64,000 bases of DNA from Chloropicon primus (Eukaryota). The notes beneath the pieces were generated by a model that was not told the origin of the DNA, searched no databases, and worked only from the letters and a program-made list of their open reading frames with translations. Position 1 is the first letter of the stretch. Every line of letters begins with the position of its first letter. Positions 1 to 10,432 of this stretch are shown here, in pieces. The stretch covers positions 620,001 through 684,000 of the forward strand of contig CP060758.1 in NCBI GenBank assembly GCA_023205875.1. The letters run 5' to 3'. The translations under genes were made by a program, and so were the position numbers.

Positions 1-495
1 CCTTTCCTTCAGGTACGGAAGGGCGAGTTGCATCAGCCTGAGCTCGCAGAGCATCCCCAAGGGGTACATGGGCACGAACAGGTTGTACCTGAGCCAAGTG
101 AGCTGGTCCGGGACCATCTTCCCCATGACAATCCCCAGGAGGTAGTAGTAGTACCTCACGATCTCCGAGGAGCTCCAGACGAAGAAGAGGAGGGCGGTCG
201 CCGGATTGTTTTGCAGCTCGGGGATGAAGTACAAAATGCAAAGAAGCACGTTGCTCTTGCCAAACCACTGGGCGAACGAAGTCAAGGCCCCGGACCTCGA
301 TATCCCGAGCAATGCGTTGACGGTCTCCAGCAACGCCATGCAGTGCGTTACGACCTGAACGTGTCCGGCCCCAGCCCACAGGCTTCCGAGGCCCCTGTTC
401 AGCAGGGTGTACACCACGCTCGCCGTGCTCAGCACCGAGGCGACCGTCATCACCGCATTGTAAATCACAAGGAACGCGTCGAACTTGCCGCTCAT
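1..495 (-). CDS. PAS2: Very-long-chain 3-hydroxyacyl-CoA dehydratase (PAS2/PHS1/PTPLA family), 3' end runs off the window
   Basis: Not in the ORF track. Manual translation from ATG 495: MSGKFDAFLVIYNAV...WSSSEIVRYYYY...LTWLRYNLFVPMYPLGMLCE, containing the family motifs WS..EI.RY and WLRY..F..YP.G...E; several hydrophobic helices. Confidence 0.9.
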   Translation of the reverse strand, partial: MSGKFDAFLVIYNAVMTVASVLSTASVVYTLLNRGLGSLWAGAGHVQVVTHCMALLETVNALLGISRSGALTSFAQWFGKSNVLLCILYFIPELQNNPATALLFFVWSSSEIVRYYYYLLGIVMGKMVPDQLTWLRYNLFVPMYPLGMLCELRLMQLALPYLKER

Positions 496-1009
496 CTTCA
501 ACCCCCCTCCAAAACCTTCGTCCACTCCAGCAGCCAACCTCCCCTCTCTCAACCTCCTCTCCGCTTCTCGAAGCACGAGCGCGAGCGCGATCGATCACAC
601 GACACGCGATCACTTCTCCACACCGGGCGCGAACCACGTCAAGGCCTGGAGAGCGCCAATATCAATCAAGTGAGTTGGACACAAGAACTCCCTCGGCAAG
701 GAAAGGAGGGAGAAGAGACTCAAGGCGTAGTGTTCCCCTCTTCCGCTTCCGCTTCCCGCCCTACCTTTACACGGGCGTGGCGTGGCGCGGGGTTGACAAA
801 GCAAACCTTTCCTTGGCCTCGGTCGCGTCACGATCGCCTCGAGCGGACTCTTCCCAAGAGAACAAGATCAAACGCACGACGAAGCAAGACGCTCTCTCTC
901 TCTCTCTCTCTCTTCGCGTTTTTTTTTTTTTCTAGAAGGGAGAAGGGAGAAGACGGAGGCGATCGATCGTGGCTTGATCGATCGTGGCGATCGAGGGGAG
1001 GAGGAGAGG

Positions 1010-1482
1010 ATGGCCGGTCGAGGTGAAGGGCGTGGCCGAGGGGAGGCTGGAGGGCCAGGGCACATGCCGACGGCTTCCGGTTCGGTGGGAGGCCGAGGGA
1101 GGCCGACGTCGCTGCCCTTGCCGACGGAAGGAGGCCACTACCACAACCCGGCGCCGGGGTACGGAGGGGTGGAGTACTACAGTGGTCCTCGGCTTGCGGG
1201 GGTCGGGGGAGGGCAGGGCTTGGGGATGTCGGGGCACGCTGCGCAGAGGCAGCAGCCCAGGCCGAGCACGAGCCAGCAACCGACGCCTCCCAGCTGGGGG
1301 TGGGGCCTGACGGACCAGCAGTTGAAGACCCTGTACGGACAGGTGAGTGTGGAGACGTGTCTCCGTCGAATGCGCGCTGCTGGAGAAGAAGCGCAGAGTT
1401 TTTCTTCTTCTGCCTCTTCCGTGCGCGTGAACTTTCTTCCTGACCCTGGGCTTGCTTCCTTTTTTTGCGTGTGGCGGGAAAA

Positions 1483-1513
<31 letters not shown>

Positions 1514-4500
1514 ACTTTGCATGTCACGCAGATCGTGGCGTTCAAGTGCATCGTGAAGAAGAAGGCTGTCCCGCAGAACTTGGCGAACTCGCTGCATCCG
1601 CCGCCCCTGGAAAACAGGGGGCCCATACCGCACGCCCACGTGTTGCAGCTGCACTACGCGGCCCAGGCGGCCCACGAGGCAGCAGCGGCCCGGGGCGGGA
1701 GGGCGGGGCCCTCCTCCAGAGGCAGGGGGAGGGGCAAGGCCCCGAAGGCTCCAAAGCCCCCGAAAGTCTACAAGAGGGGGCCGTACAAGAAGAGGAAAAA
1801 GCCGGAGGACAAGCCGGAGGACGAATTCGAGAGCCAGCTGAACATGCTCAGGGATCTCACTGGAGAGATGGAGCCGGGCATCTCGGAGCCGGTCGCGAGC
1901 GCCGCGAAAATTCGAGTGGCGCCGGATCAGGTGCGAGATGCGGCGCAAGCCAGGCCCCACGAGGCGGAGAGAACGACGAGGCCTTACGAGAGGGCGCCAA
2001 AGTACTACATCGCGGGCCTCGCCGGTAATGGGAAGAAGTACGTGAGTCCGTCGCACGTTTACCAGTCCAAGCTGCAGAGCGTCCCTACCCCCGTGGTCCC
2101 CGTCAGCGTAAAGAAGCCGACCCTGGTGGCGTACTCGGTTGGGCCGGGCAACATCATGGGGAAGGCAGCGGCGAGGCAAGTCACCAAGGGCGTTGCGGGG
2201 CTCATGTCCGAGGAAGCCGGTCTGAAGAGGAGCTCGGAGATTCGGAGGGTGCTGGAGGGGCTGGACGACGTGATCCAGAAGAAGAGGAAGAACAAGTGCA
2301 GGGCCGCGGAGTTGATGCCATACACCATCCAGTCCAAGGCGCTGAAGCTGAGAAAGCTTCAGATGAAAGTGAGGGAGAAGGTGCTGGCCGCGCAGCTGGA
2401 GATGCAGGTCATGAAGACCAAGGAGTTCTACAAGGTCTCGAGGCAGAATGCGCAGAAGAACATTGAGCTCGCAAAGGAGGAGGTCGTGAAGAGGAAAGAG
2501 CTGATGACGGCGAGGCAAAAGGACATCAGGAAGGGGAAGCAGAACTGGCTGGACATGGTGGCCTCCAACCAGGATAAAATCAGGTCCAATGCCAAGAGAA
2601 TGATGCAGTTCCACGCAAACTTAAGTGCGGACTTCAACAAGGTGGAAAAGGAAGACAGGAGGAAAAAGATGCTTCGGGCCCTCGAGGAGAAGGATGCCCA
2701 AGCCTACGCCACGTTGGTGAGGGAGGGACTTGGGGGGGCCCAGCTTGCTGACAAGAACGAGCTGGAACAGCTCACCAAATTCCTTGATGACACAGAGAAC
2801 TACCTGAAGGATCTCGGGGACAAGGTGAAGCTTGTGAAGCTGAAGGCGGCGGTGGATGAGGGCGACCTCGTCATGGCAGAAAAGATGACCAGGGAAAATG
2901 GCGAGCACGAGAGGGCGGGCAACAAGCTGTACGGCGCGGCGCATTCCGCGGTAGACGACATGCAGCTCCCCCACCTGCTGAGTGCGCCCGGCCTCCGCAG
3001 CTACCAAGTCACGGGACTCAAGTGGATGATTAGCCTTCACAAGAATCGCTTGAATGGAATACTGGCGGACGAAATGGGCCTTGGCAAGACCGTGCAGGTC
3101 ATCGCCCTGATGGCCTGGCTGATGGAATACAAGAGAAACATGGGCCCGCACCTGATCATTGTTCCGAATGCCGTGGTGCCCAACTGGAGGAACGAGCTCA
3201 AGCGGTGGTTCCCGACTGCGACGGTGTGCGTGTACGTGGGGAACAAGGAGGTGAGGAACGGAATTTTCGCCTCTCACATCTCGTTGGATGCTACGTACAG
3301 GTCAAACGTCGTGATCACCACGTACGAGTTCACGCTCAGAGACAAGTCGAAGCTGGCCAAGGTGGACTGGAAGTACGTCATCATGGACGAGGCGCACAGG
3401 ATCAAGGACCGCACTTCAAAGCTGGCGGAAGCCGTGGACAAGCTGCAGTCTGAGAGAAGGCTGCTTTTGACGGGAACCCCGCTCCAGAACGATCTTGCGG
3501 AACTGTGGAGTCTTTTGAACTATTTGCTTCCGACGGTGTTTGACGACCAGTCCAAGAAGGCGTTCCGGGAATGGTTTGACGAGCACCTGAGCAGCCAAGA
3601 TGAGATGTCAGAGGAGAAGCTGGCGAAGAGGGCAGTGGTCATCCAGCGCTTGCACCAAGCTCTCGAGCCTTTCATGCTCCGCAGGCAGGTCGAGGACGTT
3701 GAGCAGAACTTGCCTCCCAAGGTTCCTCACACCATCTTGTGCGCGCTGAGTTCGATCGAGTCCATTGCGTACAGATGGCTCTCACAGACTTCCTGCCTTC
3801 GAGATCTTCGTGGCGGGTCTTACGCCATCAACAACAAGGCCATGGAGCTGAAGAAGCTCTGCAATCACCTCGTCATGTCGTATCCAGAGGCGGTGCTGGA
3901 TCACAGCATGCCGGAGCTCATCCGGTCCTCTGGCAAAATGTTCATGCTGGACAGGATTCTGATGAAAATGTACAAGTCCGGCCACAGGGTGCTGCTGTTC
4001 TCGACGATGACGAAGGCCCTTGACATCCTGCAGACCTACGTTAAGTGGAGAGGCTGGGGATACCACAGGATTGATGGAACCACCCCGATTGAGGAAAGAG
4101 AGGAAGCGATCCAGGACTTCAATGACGCGGACAGGAAGGACGGCAAAGAGCCGCCTTTCATATTCCTGCTGTCGATCAGGGCTGCTGGCAGGGGGTTGAA
4201 CCTGCAGTCGGCTGACACGGTCATACTGTACGATCCCGACCCGAACCCAAAGAACGAGGAGCAGGCCATAGCCCGTTCCCACAGAATTGGGCAGGTCCGC
4301 GAGGTCCGAATCTTTCACCTTGAGTGCGTCGTTGACATGGAAGTCCCTTCTATCTTGAAGGATGGCGAGGAGGAAAACATGCTCGTGGACGGGGAGGACG
4401 TCGTGGTGGAGAAGCAGGGAAGGGGCGGTTACAAGGACAGCGTCGAGTCGATTATCAGGAAGGAGATCCAGAAGTACAAGATAGATATGGCCAACGAAGT

Positions 4501-4786
4501 CATTGATGCGGGGAGGTTTGATCTGGAGAGCTCCAAGGAGGAAAAGAGGAAAACCCTGCAAACGTTCTTGCAGGACCACATGACGACTAACGCGGACAAC
4601 TACGTGATTGGCATGAGGGAAGTGAACAGGTTGCTGGCGAGGAGCGCGGAGGAGATACACTTGTTTGACCAACTGGACAAGGAGGAAGAACTTTGGTCTG
4701 GCTCGATGTACACGTCGATCCACGACGTCCCGAGCTGGCTTCAATTCTCCAAGGAGGAGCTCCAAGCGGCCTTGCCAAATAAGTAG
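1010..4786 (+). CDS. BRM: SWI/SNF ATPase BRAHMA-like (QLQ + SNF2 helicase); exons 1010-1342, 1532-4786
   Basis: GILADEMGLGKTVQV, DEAH, LLLTGTPLQN, and the plant-BRM-type YDPDPNPKNEEQA..R.HRIGQ. Removing the GTGAGT..GCAG intron (1343-1531) restores the QLQ domain (LTDQQLKTLYGQ|IVAFK....AVP). Confidence 0.9.
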
Positions 4787-4796
4787 TCTTTTTTTT

Positions 4797-4801
4797 TGTA
4801 A
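4797..4801 (+). promoter_or_regulatory. TGTAA poly(A) signal (representative; recurs after most genes)
   Basis: 10 nt after the BRM stop. The same pentamer follows many + genes (e.g. 14816 overlapping the SAT stop, ~19626, ~21134, ~33541, ~62464) and appears as TTACA after many - genes (~21147, ~29163, ~33780, ~41663, ~48382, ~53256). UGUAA is the known chlorophyte signal. Confidence 0.75.
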
Positions 4802-5200
4802 CTGCAAAAGAGATTGAGGTATTCTTTCCTTCCTATGTCCCCTCCCTCCTCCTCCCTCCACATTTCCTCCGGAAAAGACGAAGCTGCCTTTGACTTGATT
4901 CCCCCAATTAGAGGAAGGAAGGGTCATCAAGACGAGAGTCTGCAGAAGGGAAGACGTCTTGCGACGACGACCTTTGGTGCATTAAGGGCGAAAGGACGGG
5001 GCGGGACGGGGCAGGAGGTCTTAAGTCAGCAAGGGGCTTCGTCTTTGTCAAGCCGCCGCGCTTCCAGCGACCCCTTTGTCGACAGAAATTTGCTATGACA
5101 ACCTGACTGTGGAACTGCATTACTAGAGAGAGAGAGAGAGAACAAGAAAGGAGTTGAGAGGAAAGAAGAGCGAGGCTGGGCTTTGGTGTTTTAGAGAACG

Positions 5201-8200
5201 ATGCTGTCGGAGGGTAGCAGGACGATGACCGTGAAGGCTCTCGAGGCGAAGCCGCCGGGAACGCCGTACCTTGACGCAAATTCTAGCGGTCCATCCTCCA
5301 GGGTGCGTCCAGGAGAAGCCATGCGTGTGGCCTCGTTCGTTTCAGAAATGAGCAAGCGGGCGACGAGCAACGCCCCGGTGTTCGACGGCGGGACGGGGAG
5401 CGAGGGTGCTTGGGTGCCACCGCAGAAGGAGGGCGTGTCGTCCTTGCGAATGGGAAACGTTATGCGACAGAAGGAGAAGGACGCCACGTCTGAGAACTCC
5501 GTCCTCGACAGGTCGCAAGCTTTCGCCTACGGCAGCAGGAAGTCCATCCACTCTCTCGCGCCAATCAAGGGCTTGGTTGGCAAGAACCGTGCCGGGGGGA
5601 CGGAGGAGAACAAGAGGGGAAACGTCGCAAACTTTGCCGCTGGTTTGCGACACAGGCAACAGAGGAAGAGCCTCATGGGCGGCCAGGACTCCCTCGGGTT
5701 GCTTGGCGACCTGAACACGCTGCTGGACTCCAACTCAAAGTTCTTGATCGCTCAGCTCATGGAACTGGGGGTGAGGGACAACGCAGCGGTGCGGGGCATG
5801 CTTGAGATAGAGGAGAGGAAGGGGCTGATGACTCCGAGGTGGGCCCTCGACCACATCCACAGCGCGATAGAAATCTTTGCTCACGGTTTTCACAACCTGG
5901 TCGAGGAGCTCATCAAGCTCGCGATGACTCAGTCCAAGGAGGACAAAGTGGAGATGCTTGATTTGAGCAATCCCTCGGGCGACACTTTTGGGGAGGCCGG
6001 GACGAGCTCTGGCCAAAATTTGAACGAAGCGGACGTGGAGGAGTATGGGGCAACCTTGCTGCTCAAGTGCTGGGCCTTGCTGCTGGGTTACGCAGAGAAC
6101 CTCACCCTGAGCTCCGATCAGCTGCTTAGCGTGACCAAGTCAGAGGACGATGACAGGGAGAATGAGACGGATGCCCAAAAGAAGTCGCATTCCCTCTCCT
6201 CCGTGACGGGGCCCCTTGCGAGAGTAGCTCTGCAGCTGGACAGGCAGAACAAAGAGATGTCGGGCGCACTGTCGAAGACCAAGATGCAGTTCAATATGTC
6301 TGAGGCCACCCGAATGCCGCTGGTCCAAGCCCTGAAAGAAGCCAAGGAGAAGATCGAGTACATGGGGAAGGAGAACGATGTTCTGGTTGGTGACTACAGA
6401 AAGGCCAGGGAAGACAGGATGGAGGCGGTAGGAATAGCGGAGGGGGCTCAGTACGAGAGCAACGAGCTGAGGAAAGAGGTGGCAAAGCTCGCCATGCTCC
6501 CAGTCAAAGTCAGTGAACTCACGAGGAGGGTTGCGAAGAACGACAGCATCACCCAAAGTTCCACAGTCTCGCTTGAGAGCCTGAGGAAGAAGTACGAGAT
6601 CCTGAAAACAGAGAAGCACAAGCTCTACAGCGAGTACAACCAGGTGGAAGAGGCTCTGATGCGCTCGAGGGCCGCCCAAGCATCGGCGGAGAAGAAGCTG
6701 AACCACGCCCTCGACTCGAAGGCTCTGGCAGTCGAGGAAAGAATCCGCGCGGAGCAGCGCGCTCACCTGGCGAGCACGGAGAGGAACACGGTTGAAAATT
6801 TGTACACAATGGCAGAAAACAGCCTGAGCACCGTGCGGGAGAAGCTCGTGACGCTGGAGCAATCCGATAAAGCAAAGTCCGCCCAGATCCGAACCTTGGA
6901 GGAGCAGGTGTCCCACTCCAGTGCGATAGCCCGCGAGTACGAAGCTTCTTACAAAGCCTACAAGGAGGAGCTTGATGGGGTCAAGACTGAGAGGGATGAG
7001 ATGAAGAGGGAGCTCAGCTTCTTGACGAGGAGCTCGTCTGAAAGGCGGACAGAGATCGCAAAAATAGAGAGGGGGTACAAGAACCAAATCATCGAGGCCC
7101 AGACCCAGGCTGAGATCCATGCGGAGAGGTGCGAGAAGGCTTTGCAGGAGGCTTCCACCGCCAAGCGCAACTTAGAGAAGCTGCAGAAAGAGACTGAGAA
7201 GAGGGAAGAGGCCTGGAACAGGGATCAGGTGAAGTTGAGCAGAGAGCTGCAAGAAGCTCACGACAGCCTCAAGCTGTATCAGAAGAACAGCAAGGACCTC
7301 TTGGCGGAGAGGATCGAAAAGTGGAGGGTGAAGGAAGAGGAGCTCACGGAGGAGATCAATACTCTCCAGACCGATTTGAAGAACACCAAAATCAGCGAGA
7401 ACGACTTGAAAAACGCTTTGGCGGACGTGCAGGAAAGGCTCACGATCACCGAGGAGGAGTACTCGAAGCAGATCGAGCACGAAATCACGGTCAGGAGCAA
7501 GGCGGAAGGGGACCTGGCCGATCTCAATGTCAGGTTCCAGGAGCAAATGGAGAAGGCTGCCGAGCTTGCCAGCACCTTCAAAGAGTTCAGGGAGGAGTTC
7601 GAGAAAACTGTGCAAGAGCTCGAGAAAACCACAAAGGAGAAGAACGATCTCATCAACGCCAACGCGAACTTGCAGGACATGAAAGCACAGCTCGAGGACG
7701 CACTCACGATTGAGACGGAAGCTCACCACGAGAGTAGGGACCAGCTCGAAGGGGAAGTCGTTGAAGTGAGGGAACACTTGGAGCAGGCCAACAAGCTGAT
7801 GGCCGACGCAGAGACTGCCTTGCTGCAGTTGTCTTTGGGCGTCGACCTCCAATCGATATGCCCGGCGGGAGTCACGCCGGTGGCCTATTCGCAGAGGATG
7901 GTTGACGAGCTCCGCACTCCTATTGAGACTCCGCCTTCGAGGCACGGATCCATCGATGAGGTCAGAGCGGCAGCTGCCTCGAGGTTGAGTAGCTCCTTGA
8001 GCAGGCCGACTACGAGCGAGCCACAGATCATGGTCATCAACGAGGACCGGAATGACGACTTCAGCTTGCCGCCAATTGGCAGGAGTAGGGTGACCCCAAA
8101 CCCAACAACAGCAGTCCTGAATGCATCCATGCCCGCCAGGCCTGCGACAAGCCAGCCCCGGAGCAGAAGCCCCATCAAGGAAGAGAGAGATAGGCCTAGA

Positions 8201-8788
8201 CCAAAGTCGACACAGAGCCTTCTCTCGGTGATGAAGTCAAACCTCTTGGACAACTTGAGCCAGCGCATAACGCAGGCGTCTCAAAGTGCCGGCAGGCCCT
8301 TGTCGGAGCTGAAGAGCGAGAAGGCGAGGATACAAATTCAGAACATGCTGAAACACAAGACAACTCTTTTCAAGTCGAAGCTGAAAGAAGTCAATCCTGA
8401 GGACTACAAGACGATTGATGTGCAGGACATGCGCTGGGTCGAGGCGATGCACCAGAAGGGAATGTCAGTCCTAGAGTTCCAGCTGGCCAAGGATGGCCAC
8501 TACTTTGCTACTATCCCTGACGAAGCCGGGTTCTGGCGCTTTACCGCGGACAGGAAGATGCACGTCTCTGGGATCAAGATCGGTTTCCCCGGGCTGGTAA
8601 TCCCCCCACTTGGGCCGAACACTTACGAGGAGAAGTTCGGGCAGCAGCAGCTTAGCAAGAAGCGCCAGGACGCTGCAGACATGAGCAAGGAACTCAAATC
8701 GACCAAGGTTGATGACTGGCTGAAGACTCACACCCCTCTCAGGACGGGACTTGGCGTCACTCGGGCCAGTGTGGGCATGGGGCTGTGA
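5201..8788 (+). CDS. Large coiled-coil protein of unknown function (1195 aa)
   Basis: Uninterrupted ORF with genome-typical codon usage; ~500 aa E/K/L-rich heptad region; S/P/R-rich flanks. Confidence 0.8.
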   Translation: MLSEGSRTMTVKALEAKPPGTPYLDANSSGPSSRVRPGEAMRVASFVSEMSKRATSNAPVFDGGTGSEGAWVPPQKEGVSSLRMGNVMRQKEKDATSENSVLDRSQAFAYGSRKSIHSLAPIKGLVGKNRAGGTEENKRGNVANFAAGLRHRQQRKSLMGGQDSLGLLGDLNTLLDSNSKFLIAQLMELGVRDNAAVRGMLEIEERKGLMTPRWALDHIHSAIEIFAHGFHNLVEELIKLAMTQSKEDKVEMLDLSNPSGDTFGEAGTSSGQNLNEADVEEYGATLLLKCWALLLGYAENLTLSSDQLLSVTKSEDDDRENETDAQKKSHSLSSVTGPLARVALQLDRQNKEMSGALSKTKMQFNMSEATRMPLVQALKEAKEKIEYMGKENDVLVGDYRKAREDRMEAVGIAEGAQYESNELRKEVAKLAMLPVKVSELTRRVAKNDSITQSSTVSLESLRKKYEILKTEKHKLYSEYNQVEEALMRSRAAQASAEKKLNHALDSKALAVEERIRAEQRAHLASTERNTVENLYTMAENSLSTVREKLVTLEQSDKAKSAQIRTLEEQVSHSSAIAREYEASYKAYKEELDGVKTERDEMKRELSFLTRSSSERRTEIAKIERGYKNQIIEAQTQAEIHAERCEKALQEASTAKRNLEKLQKETEKREEAWNRDQVKLSRELQEAHDSLKLYQKNSKDLLAERIEKWRVKEEELTEEINTLQTDLKNTKISENDLKNALADVQERLTITEEEYSKQIEHEITVRSKAEGDLADLNVRFQEQMEKAAELASTFKEFREEFEKTVQELEKTTKEKNDLINANANLQDMKAQLEDALTIETEAHHESRDQLEGEVVEVREHLEQANKLMADAETALLQLSLGVDLQSICPAGVTPVAYSQRMVDELRTPIETPPSRHGSIDEVRAAAASRLSSSLSRPTTSEPQIMVINEDRNDDFSLPPIGRSRVTPNPTTAVLNASMPARPATSQPRSRSPIKEERDRPRPKSTQSLLSVMKSNLLDNLSQRITQASQSAGRPLSELKSEKARIQIQNMLKHKTTLFKSKLKEVNPEDYKTIDVQDMRWVEAMHQKGMSVLEFQLAKDGHYFATIPDEAGFWRFTADRKMHVSGIKIGFPGLVIPPLGPNTYEEKFGQQQLSKKRQDAADMSKELKSTKVDDWLKTHTPLRTGLGVTRASVGMGL

Positions 8789-8845
8789 GGAGGAAATTGG
8801 GTGAACCTCCAGTAAATGTACATCTACACTTAATGTGATTGATTC

Positions 8846-10432
8846 TTATATCGATGCAAGCTTGAGCTGCCGTTCTAGCTGATGCCTCATGCTGTTGATC
8901 TGTTGACTCGACGCCTCGTGCTGTTCCATCAACCGGTCAAGTTCAGAAATGTTGTCAAAGCCTTCTCTGCCTCCGTTACCCTTCTTGCTCGGGCTCGTCG
9001 AAGCTCTTGGCGCGCTGCCAGGCTTTGGAATGTTTTTCGCAAAATCTAATGCCCTCTGCCTCGCAGAGTACGCCTTGCTTGAATCCAAGGTCGAAGCTTC
9101 CTTTGGGCTTTTCTTTGTGACTCTAGCGTTTTGCTTCCTGATCTCACTGGAGAACTCTTTCATTCTATCTCGGGCTGAGCGTTTCTCTACGATTTCCTTT
9201 CTTTCCAAATCAGGACCCAACTTACCAAGCTCCCAATACTTCGACCCGGCTTTGATGTCGGCTTGCTTTGGCTTGCGAGTCGGGTTGTACTTGGGCGCAA
9301 ACTTCTTCGCTTCCTCGCCCTGGTCCCCCCTCTGGCTGCTGTACCCCGCCAGCACGCTCTGCTCAGGAGGGCTGCTCGGCGCAAACCTTGGGCTGTCCGT
9401 GTTTTCCTTTCCCACCGAATGCGAGTATGACATTTCCTGGGCGCCCTTGCTGGGGGGAGTGGCATGGTAGCTCGGTGGCTGAGAGGATGAAAAGGAGGGC
9501 TGGAAACCAACACCACCACCCCTGTCCTGCTGGGAATAGTAGGAGTAAAGGGATCTCCCCTCAGTGTCGTATTCCTGACGACTCGGCTCCTGCTCAGCGT
9601 ACGAGTCCCTTGCGTACGAGTCCCTTGCGTACGAATCAGCTTGGTGCTCGGTCGAGACGGAGGCCACGACTGGTGCGCCCCCCTCGTAGCTGTACTTGCC
9701 AAACTCGAAAGGGTCCCAATATTGTTGCTGCGACGCAGCAGGAGAAGAGTAGCCCCCCTCTGGTAGTGCTCTGGAGGTGTAAGAGCGGCGTGGGCTCCGC
9801 AAAACCGGCTCGTTCGCAGGGTAGCTGTAGTCCCGCATCGGTTCGATTGGGAATGGACTCGATGGATACTGTTGCGGAAAACTGTGGACGTCCTCGGCAA
9901 CTGGCTCGCTTTGAACGAAGTGCTGTTGCCCCCGAAAAGCCCCTTGCCTGGGGTTCGCAGCAGGGCCTCCCTTGGAAGCACTGGAGTTGGGTTTGCCGCT
10001 CCCCTCGAACTTGCTCGCGTAGCCGGCCGTGGGGCCCTCATCCCTCGCGCCACCCCCTCTGCTCGTTCTGGACGAGGTCTCCCTCCTGTCTGCCGGGGAG
10101 GCGCTTGTCACCTTCTTGTACACGCGCTCCAGAAGGGGAATGAGGCACTCCTCTTTGCAATTTATCACCCCTTCCACGTCCTTGGGCGAGAGCTTGAACC
10201 CCTTCTTCTTGCAGATCTTCTCCAGCTGCTTCCAGTTGTCGCTCTTTCGCTTCTCACTCGTCGCTCCGTTGTCGAACGAGTGGAGCGCCACCTCGTGCGG
10301 GTAGTACCTTTGCAGGATCTCCGCCAGGAGATACCCATTCGAAAAGTCTCTCCTCGCGTTCTTGATCGGATGGGACAAACCCAGACTCAGTATCCACCTC
10401 AGAAGTTCCCTCGTCAAACCCGTGCGACTCAT
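8846..10432 (-). CDS. SPEF1/SPATA4-type calponin-homology (CH_2) protein with C-terminal JHY-like domain; probable ciliary protein
   Basis: N-term LLRWILSLGLSHPIKNARRDFSNGYLLAEILQRYYP...FDNG...KSDNW (CH_2). C-term LGKLGPD...KEFS...RQRALDFAKNIPKP...ISELDRLMEQHE resembles the conserved JHY C-terminus. Confidence 0.8.
   Translation of the reverse strand: MSRTGLTRELLRWILSLGLSHPIKNARRDFSNGYLLAEILQRYYPHEVALHSFDNGATSEKRKSDNWKQLEKICKKKGFKLSPKDVEGVINCKEECLIPLLERVYKKVTSASPADRRETSSRTSRGGGARDEGPTAGYASKFEGSGKPNSSASKGGPAANPRQGAFRGQQHFVQSEPVAEDVHSFPQQYPSSPFPIEPMRDYSYPANEPVLRSPRRSYTSRALPEGGYSSPAASQQQYWDPFEFGKYSYEGGAPVVASVSTEHQADSYARDSYARDSYAEQEPSRQEYDTEGRSLYSYYSQQDRGGGVGFQPSFSSSQPPSYHATPPSKGAQEMSYSHSVGKENTDSPRFAPSSPPEQSVLAGYSSQRGDQGEEAKKFAPKYNPTRKPKQADIKAGSKYWELGKLGPDLERKEIVEKRSARDRMKEFSSEIRKQNARVTKKSPKEASTLDSSKAYSARQRALDFAKNIPKPGSAPRASTSPSKKGNGGREGFDNISELDRLMEQHEASSQQINSMRHQLERQLKLASI
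9597..9638 (-). repeat. 15-bp coding tandem repeat (DSYAR x ~3)
   Basis: gcgtacgagtccctt repeated in the CH-JHY linker. Confidence 0.8.

Noticed and set aside
28..1026. 332-aa + strand ORF
   Set aside because: Antisense shadow of PAS2 running on through promoter microsatellites; no protein-like features.
932..2614. Long antisense ORFs (also 3782-4930, 11361-12623, 18493-19719, 30834-32012, 33692-35251, 48374-49459, 59371-60552)
   Set aside because: Each lies opposite a recognisable gene. GC-rich codon bias depletes antisense stops and produces the typical L/V/H/Q-rich shadow translations.
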